From positions 17,252-81,251 of the forward strand of contig VMGJ01000003.1 in the NCBI GenBank assembly GCA_007376485.1: a DNA stretch of 64,000 nucleotides. Reading direction: 5' to 3'. The DNA comes from Parcubacteria group bacterium Licking1014_17. Its GTDB lineage: Bacteria > Patescibacteriota > Minisyncoccia > 2-02-FULL-40-12 > IGHO2-01-FULL-4-A. The notes beneath the pieces were generated by a model. It was not told where the DNA came from. It did no database searches and was given only the letters and a program-made list of their open reading frames with translations. Shown piece after piece: positions 58,555 through 64,000 of this stretch. Position 1 is the first letter of the stretch. The number at the start of each line of letters is the position of its first letter. Both the position numbers and the translations under genes were made by a program.

Positions 58555-60357
58555 CTACTTTTTTAGCATCTGGATAAAAACCGAATGGGGGATGTTCACT
58601 TTCCCCGATTCTTTCATGCGCTTTTTGCCCTTTTTCTGCTTTTCAAGCAGTTTTTTCTTGCGGGTTATGTCGCCGCCGTAAAGATAACCGGTTACGTCTT
58701 TTCTCATGGCGCTCAATGTTTCCCTGGCTACAATTTTTCCGCCGATTGCCGCCTGAACGGAAACCGCGAAAAGCTGGCGGGGGAGTATCTTTTTCAATTT
58801 TTCCACAATCCGCCGGCCTTCGTCGTAAGCGTTTTTTTCCGGCACGACTCTTGAAAACGGCTCTACTCTCTCGCCCGCTATTAAAATATCAAGGCGGACC
58901 AGATTCGCCTCCTCCCAGCCGTCTTCCTCGTAATCCATCGATGCGTAGCCGGAGCTGATACTTTTCAGTTTGTCGTAAAATTCCGTAATAATTTCCGAAA
59001 GCGGTACGCGATACTCCAGAATAATCACCTCATGCCCAAGATAGCTCGTGGCGATATAACGGCTTCGGATTTCCGACATCAGATTCATCAAGGCGCCCAG
59101 ATAACTTGAAGGGCTTAAAAGTTTAAGTTTAATCATCGGCTCCTCTATTTTTTTAATTAAATTGGGGTCGGGGATTAATGAAGCCGATCGGATTTTAACC
59201 GCTTCGCCGTTATTGGTGATTACATGGTATTCAACCGACGGCGTGGAAATTATAAGCGACAAATCAAACTCCCGGCGCAGGCGTTCGCTCACGATTTCCA
59301 CGTGCAGCATCCCCAGAAATCCCAGCCGGAATCCCCTGCCGAGCGCCGGCGAAGATTCGGGTTCGTATGTCAGCGAAGCATCGGTAAGTTTTAATTTTCC
59401 CAAGGCGTCTCTTAGCCCGTCATAGCTTTCGCTGTTCTCGGGATAAAAACTGGCAAAAACCATCGGCTTCGGTTCTTTGTAGCCCGGCAATGCCAGTGAA
59501 GCCCGCTCGTTTTCATTAAAATCGCCGGCTATGGTGTCGCCCACCCTGACCTGCCCGACATTTTTCAGCCCGGTAGCGATGTATCCGATGTCTCCCGCTT
59601 TGATTTCCGAATCCTTCCTCAATTCCGGCGCGAAATAGCCGACCTCGATCACTTCGCCGCCCGCCCGTGAAGACACCAGTTTTATCGTATTGCCCGCTTT
59701 CAAACTCCCGTCAAAAACGCGCGCGTAAGCAATCACCCCCTTGAACTTATCAAAAACGGAATCAAAAATTAGGGCGCGAAAAGTTTTTATTTCCGATTCC
59801 CGCGGGGGCGGAACTTTTTCAATCACTTCTTGGAGAACTTTTTCCACCCCTTCTCCGCTTTTGGCGGAAATTCTAAGAATATCCTTTGATTCTATTCCGG
59901 TAAGCACGTTAATTTCTTCTTCAACTTCTTTGACTCTGACGTTCACGAGGTCAATTTTATTTATAACGGGAATAATCACCAGCCCCTGCTTTTTCGCGTG
60001 GCTGTAATTCGCCAGCGTCTGCGCCTGGACCCCTTTTGTCGCGTCAACCAGAAGAATCGCGCCCTCAACGGCGGCTAACGACCGCGAAACCTCGTATGAA
60101 AAATCTACATGCCCGGGGGTATCTATGAGGTTTAATATATATCCCTCGGTGCCAGTAGAATAGCGCATCCTCACCGGCTGGAGTTTAATGGTAATCCCCC
60201 GCTCCCGCTCAAGTTCCATTGAATCAAGATACTGGGCGTGCATCGCCCTTTTTTCAATCGTCCCCGTCAATTCCAAAAACCTGTCCGCCAGAGTGGACTT
60301 GCCATGGTCAATGTGCGCTATAATGCAGAAGTTTCGAATTCTTTCGGAATCGTTCAC
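58555..60357 (-). CDS. lepA: Elongation factor 4 (LepA)
   Basis: IRNFCIIAHIDHGKSTLADR, LNLIDTPGHVDFSYEVSR and GGDITRKKKLLEKQK motifs. Confidence 0.98.
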   Translation of the reverse strand: MNDSERIRNFCIIAHIDHGKSTLADRFLELTGTIEKRAMHAQYLDSMELERERGITIKLQPVRMRYSTGTEGYILNLIDTPGHVDFSYEVSRSLAAVEGAILLVDATKGVQAQTLANYSHAKKQGLVIIPVINKIDLVNVRVKEVEEEINVLTGIESKDILRISAKSGEGVEKVLQEVIEKVPPPRESEIKTFRALIFDSVFDKFKGVIAYARVFDGSLKAGNTIKLVSSRAGGEVIEVGYFAPELRKDSEIKAGDIGYIATGLKNVGQVRVGDTIAGDFNENERASLALPGYKEPKPMVFASFYPENSESYDGLRDALGKLKLTDASLTYEPESSPALGRGFRLGFLGMLHVEIVSERLRREFDLSLIISTPSVEYHVITNNGEAVKIRSASLIPDPNLIKKIEEPMIKLKLLSPSSYLGALMNLMSEIRSRYIATSYLGHEVIILEYRVPLSEIITEFYDKLKSISSGYASMDYEEDGWEEANLVRLDILIAGERVEPFSRVVPEKNAYDEGRRIVEKLKKILPRQLFAVSVQAAIGGKIVARETLSAMRKDVTGYLYGGDITRKKKLLEKQKKGKKRMKESGKVNIPHSVFIQMLKK

Positions 60358-60414
60358 AGCAATAAATTAACACGTTTCCGGAATATGATAAAGACTTTTT
60401 AATTGGCGGAATTT

Positions 60415-62892
60415 TTACTTGAATTCCACCGAGAATTGGCGGTCGGTTTCGAGGTCTGACGAGGAGAAGGCGATGGTTTCTTTTACGCGCATCAAGGGAT
60501 CGTTTGAAGTGATAATTTTGTCGTCTGGCGCTTCTATTGAATAATTAATTTTATCTTTGTTCGTGCCCGGCTGTTTTTGCCACAAAAGATTGTAATTCGC
60601 GTTCTTCATCGCGAGAGCTAAGGGTACTTTGTAGGTAATCCTGACGCCTTGCGTGTTTTTCGGCAGGATATTCATCCAGAAGCCGAAAACGGTCTTGCCG
60701 GATTCTTCAAACACGTCCGCGCCGTAAATCGGCTGGCTGATGGTGGCTTCAAGCGCCGCCAGGTCTGGATCAACGGTAAAATTCTTGCCCGCATATTTAA
60801 CCAGTGGCTTGATGGAAACAATGGATTCGCCCTCGATATTTTCCAAGGTACTGCCTCTGGGCACGTAAACTCTCACGTAAGAGCTGTTCTCCGTATTGTA
60901 AAATTTATGATTTTTGTCGCCGCCGTTATGCTGGCGGTAAATAGAGAGCATATGGAGGGCGTTGTTACCGACGATACTAACGTCAAGTTTCATGGAATTT
61001 TCCGTCACCGCGTCCGCCTTTGAGCCCTTTATATTCGTAAAATTAACCTGCAGATAATCGCCGCCCGAATCGGCAATCGCTCCCGCCGCCCCCAGTTTTT
61101 CGACTGCTTTTTGCAGAGAAGCGTCTTTGAAATAGGCAAGGGCGTGTTTTTCTTGAACGTCCCCGATTATCGCCGTCATTAAATCACGCCACTGTTCCTT
61201 GCCCTGCCCGGCGAATTTTTCAAAAAGTTTCGGCTGTAAATCTTTCAATATCTGTTTGGGTCTGTCCCTGTTGCCCTTGTTTTCAACGACATCCTGGACT
61301 TCGGCGACAAAATTATCAGTCGTGAGGGTCAAATTGTAATCGGGCATTTCAATCGGGCCGGTAATTTTCAGGATATCGGTAATCAATTTGGGAGTAATCG
61401 CGAAAACGCCGCTGACTTTCTGCCCGTCTTCCTTTTCAAAATATTCGGCGAATTTTTTGGCGGAAGCGGAGAAATCAGCGAACCAGCCGACATCGCGCAT
61501 CGCCCATGTCTGGGTTATGCCCTGAAGCTGTTTCGGCGGGATAATTTTTTCTTTCATTTGCCCGTCCGGATTGTAAATATCGTCAACCTTGACGAAAGCC
61601 AGATAGCCCTTGTCGAACGTCAGCAGAGCGTAGCTTCCGGGAAATCCGCCCGTAGGCCTTAGTTCGCTGTTATTCTGCATAAGCATCAAATACGTAACGG
61701 GACCTCTTTCGCCCAAAAAATTCAAAGCCAAATTGGAATAATCAACGGCGTTATTTATATATGAAGAAAATTCAGGAAGCTTGTCTTTGAAACCAATAAA
61801 AGTTTCTCTTTCGCTTTCCGGAATAATTGACGCGCTGACGCCCGCCAGCAGGTCTTTGGCGTTTTCTATATCAACCGCCGCCTCCGCGAGGGAATTTTTC
61901 AGGTCATTGATGAATTTCACCGGCGGATTGGCACTCGACGTTTCCGGAGAAGTCATTATCTTCAGCAGATTTGTCGTGTATAAGACATCCAGCGACTGGG
62001 ATAAAATCTTTCCGGCTTCGGACAGGTTTTTACCCGCTTCCATAAGATTTCTCGCCGAAACGACTTTATCAACGCCGGGAATAGCGCTAAGCGAACTTAT
62101 AATACTGGCTCCGAACATATTCATCGTTCGCGACGCCGATTCAAGCTCCGACTCCGCTTTGGCGAAATTATCGGCGGCGGCTTTGAAATCAAAAGCGGCG
62201 AGATTTTCTTTCGCCTGGCTAAAACTATTCATCGCGCTCAAACCTTTGCCGACGATGCCATGAATGGCTCTCGTCGCTCCGAAGTAGCCGAGACAGCCGA
62301 TTAGTACCAGCGATGCCGCGATTGGCACTAATATTTTCAACCTGTATCTCAAAGCGCTCCTGTCTTTGGGAATCAAAACAGCCGGATGATTATCCACGAA
62401 AGTTTTTGTCTCTCTTTTTCTTTGCAAAAGTTTTCCCAGACGCGCCATTGACGGTTTAAACCACGCGAGGCATGGTTCGTACTCGGGTTCGGGTAATATT
62501 GTGCGACGTGAGGGGAATGTGGCGACGGCTTCTGGTATAGCTGGCGCGACTGCCGCCAAAGAAGCAACGGTTGCGATTCTCTCTCTGGCTTTCTGCCTTC
62601 CCGTTAGTTCCTTATCCGTGACCGCTTTTCCAATCCGCACCGCTCCCCCGTATTTTATTAATTCCGACAAATCGGCTGTCGGCTCGTTAATCAATTGGCA
62701 AAATTCTTCCGAAACCATCTGCTTCATAGCGTGCTTGCTGGCGTGCGAAACTCCCGGCTTAACAGCGCCTTTGTATTTATTATTTGTCTTATCTTCTCTC
62801 TTCTCCGGCTTAGTTGCCTCAATCTCCTGTTCTTTCACATACGAAGCCAAAACCACCATCGGTTCGCCAGTGGGTATAATATCGAACATCAT
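60415..62892 (-). CDS. DUF4012-domain membrane-anchored protein (likely start ~62892)
   Basis: YLMLMQNNSELRPTGGFPGSY, RDVGWFADF, YVRVYVP and KQPG motifs; the ORF-track extension to 63075 runs through a palindromic element. Confidence 0.8.
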   Translation of the reverse strand: MMFDIIPTGEPMVVLASYVKEQEIEATKPEKREDKTNNKYKGAVKPGVSHASKHAMKQMVSEEFCQLINEPTADLSELIKYGGAVRIGKAVTDKELTGRQKARERIATVASLAAVAPAIPEAVATFPSRRTILPEPEYEPCLAWFKPSMARLGKLLQRKRETKTFVDNHPAVLIPKDRSALRYRLKILVPIAASLVLIGCLGYFGATRAIHGIVGKGLSAMNSFSQAKENLAAFDFKAAADNFAKAESELESASRTMNMFGASIISSLSAIPGVDKVVSARNLMEAGKNLSEAGKILSQSLDVLYTTNLLKIMTSPETSSANPPVKFINDLKNSLAEAAVDIENAKDLLAGVSASIIPESERETFIGFKDKLPEFSSYINNAVDYSNLALNFLGERGPVTYLMLMQNNSELRPTGGFPGSYALLTFDKGYLAFVKVDDIYNPDGQMKEKIIPPKQLQGITQTWAMRDVGWFADFSASAKKFAEYFEKEDGQKVSGVFAITPKLITDILKITGPIEMPDYNLTLTTDNFVAEVQDVVENKGNRDRPKQILKDLQPKLFEKFAGQGKEQWRDLMTAIIGDVQEKHALAYFKDASLQKAVEKLGAAGAIADSGGDYLQVNFTNIKGSKADAVTENSMKLDVSIVGNNALHMLSIYRQHNGGDKNHKFYNTENSSYVRVYVPRGSTLENIEGESIVSIKPLVKYAGKNFTVDPDLAALEATISQPIYGADVFEESGKTVFGFWMNILPKNTQGVRITYKVPLALAMKNANYNLLWQKQPGTNKDKINYSIEAPDDKIITSNDPLMRVKETIAFSSSDLETDRQFSVEFK

Positions 62893-62972
62893 TATATCGC
62901 TCTCGAATTTTTCTTCCACTGGATTAATTATACAACAAAATCCACAAAGCACTTGTGGATGAAAGGGCGTTC

Positions 62973-63120
62973 GCCGATATGCTTTTTCGGGACTGGATTT
63001 TCTCCAGCGAAGAAAATCCATCTGGTTAGGTTGCCACCCCTTGTCAAGACATTCGCTTCGCTCAATCGTTGACAAGACCCTGCTGGCGGCAACCTAAGCA
63101 GCCCGAAAAAGCATATTGGC
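62973..63120. repeat. Multi-stem palindromic element (REP/MITE-like or structured RNA)
   Basis: Outer IR GCCGATATGCTTTTTCGGG/CCCGAAAAAGCATATTGGC; inner IRs TTAGGTTGCC/GGCAACCTAA, CTTGTCAA/TTGACAAG and TGGATTTTCT/AGAAAATCCA. Confidence 0.75.
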
Positions 63121-63236
63121 TCACTTACTGTTTTATTTGTTACCAAAATCTCCGCTATTGTTTCGAATTGAGATAATTTATAAAAAGAAAAGGGCTGGAG
63201 TTTTTAATTCCAGCCCGCGGGCCAAGAACCGAAAAG

Positions 63237-63713
63237 TTACTTATGGGAGAGAATTATGCAGCCGGGACCTAAGCCTGCGTAGCGAGGGTGCACGATGGAA
63301 ATGGCACGGACGCGCCACCAACGGTGAAGCAAGCCCCAGCGCGCATGTACAGCCCAAGGAATTCCTCTTCTGTCCTCGATATACGCAAGTAATCCTCCCC
63401 AGCCTTTGGGCTGGATCTTGACAAATTCATAGAAGTGGGCAAGTTTTATGATACGCTTTTCGGGACTCAGCTCGTCCATGATTTCGTAACTAAGGGAAGG
63501 TCGAGTTATACTGCCGAGTATTATCTCCGCTGGTCCGATATCTTCCTCAATAAGATCCAGGAAATTTTCCTCGAAATTGTTTTCGAGAGAAAATTTAATT
63601 CCGTCTGAGTTTCTAGGCCCGAAAGTGTCTTTGGCGACAAAACGTTTACAACCGGGGATTTTAATATCTACCACGATAATTCTCCTCTCAAGAGTGGTCA
63701 TAGAAAGCCACAA
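63237..63713 (-). CDS. Hypothetical protein
   Basis: 158-aa ORF with a Trp-rich C-terminus; GGGCTGGA..TCCAGCCC hairpin downstream. Confidence 0.6.
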   Translation of the reverse strand: MWLSMTTLERRIIVVDIKIPGCKRFVAKDTFGPRNSDGIKFSLENNFEENFLDLIEEDIGPAEIILGSITRPSLSYEIMDELSPEKRIIKLAHFYEFVKIQPKGWGGLLAYIEDRRGIPWAVHARWGLLHRWWRVRAISIVHPRYAGLGPGCIILSHK

Positions 63714-63855
63714 AGATACAGTGTTTTTGCATTTTAAAAAAACAACTTACCAAGAACTACATACAAACAAAAAAGGGAGTTGTCGTCAAGTAAACGGACT
63801 GATGTCCTATGGCATTACCACAAAGCCCCAACCCTCAATTTAAAACTTCTGCGGA

Positions 63856-63993
63856 GATTTTGAATCAAATAGAGGAGCGAACAGCGGAAAGCCGAGTCCG
63901 AAAGCCAGCCCCCACCGGCGCGCCGGTGGGGGCTGGCGAGGGAATGCTCGGAAGGTATTCCGCGTATGTGAACGACGAATATTTGCCAAAATC
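63856..63993. repeat. Element with imperfect terminal IRs containing a perfect 34-bp GC palindrome
   Basis: GATTTTGAATCAAATA ... TATTTGCCAAAATC; palindrome GCCAGCCCCCACCGGCGCGCCGGTGGGGGCTGGC at 63904-63937. Confidence 0.65.
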
Positions 63994-64000
63994 GAAGCTC

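Noticed and set aside
62893-63421. N-terminal extension of the DUF4012 ORF, and ORFs 62928-63146 and 63116-63421
   Set aside because: They run through the palindromic element or lie antisense to a better gene

Overview
Gene-dense bacterial DNA that resembles Patescibacteria/CPR (Parcubacteria-like). This taxonomy is inferred from gene content (DUF4012 protein, CPR-type S-layer-like protein and serine recombinase, abutting genes), not from a marker-gene search. Positions ~1-44.7 kb are one large surface-glycosylation island. It holds GDP-fucose synthase, a putative ketose/pentose activation module, a modified nonulosonic-acid pathway (neuA/neuB/neuC plus tailoring enzymes), several methyltransferases, 8 GT4 and 4 GT2 enzymes, and 7 membrane GT-C-type proteins, one of them TMTC-like with TPRs. 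Two tandem S-layer-like paralogs follow (45.4-51.3 kb); they share an identical 70-bp 3' end/terminator, and the larger one has a ~400-nt structured leader. A winged-helix protein gene is bracketed by two arrays of TGTC(G/A)C boxes, one with exact 11-bp phasing and one a nested palindrome. After htrA lies a 2.7-kb large-serine-recombinase element with nested inverted repeats, a junction inside the recombinase's own 3' end, and a self-contained nucleotidyltransferase-like cargo cassette. The window ends with a DivIC-like gene, a PH-domain gene, lepA, a DUF4012 gene and palindromic elements. No rRNA, tRNA or CRISPR array was seen. All functional calls come from motif recognition by eye.
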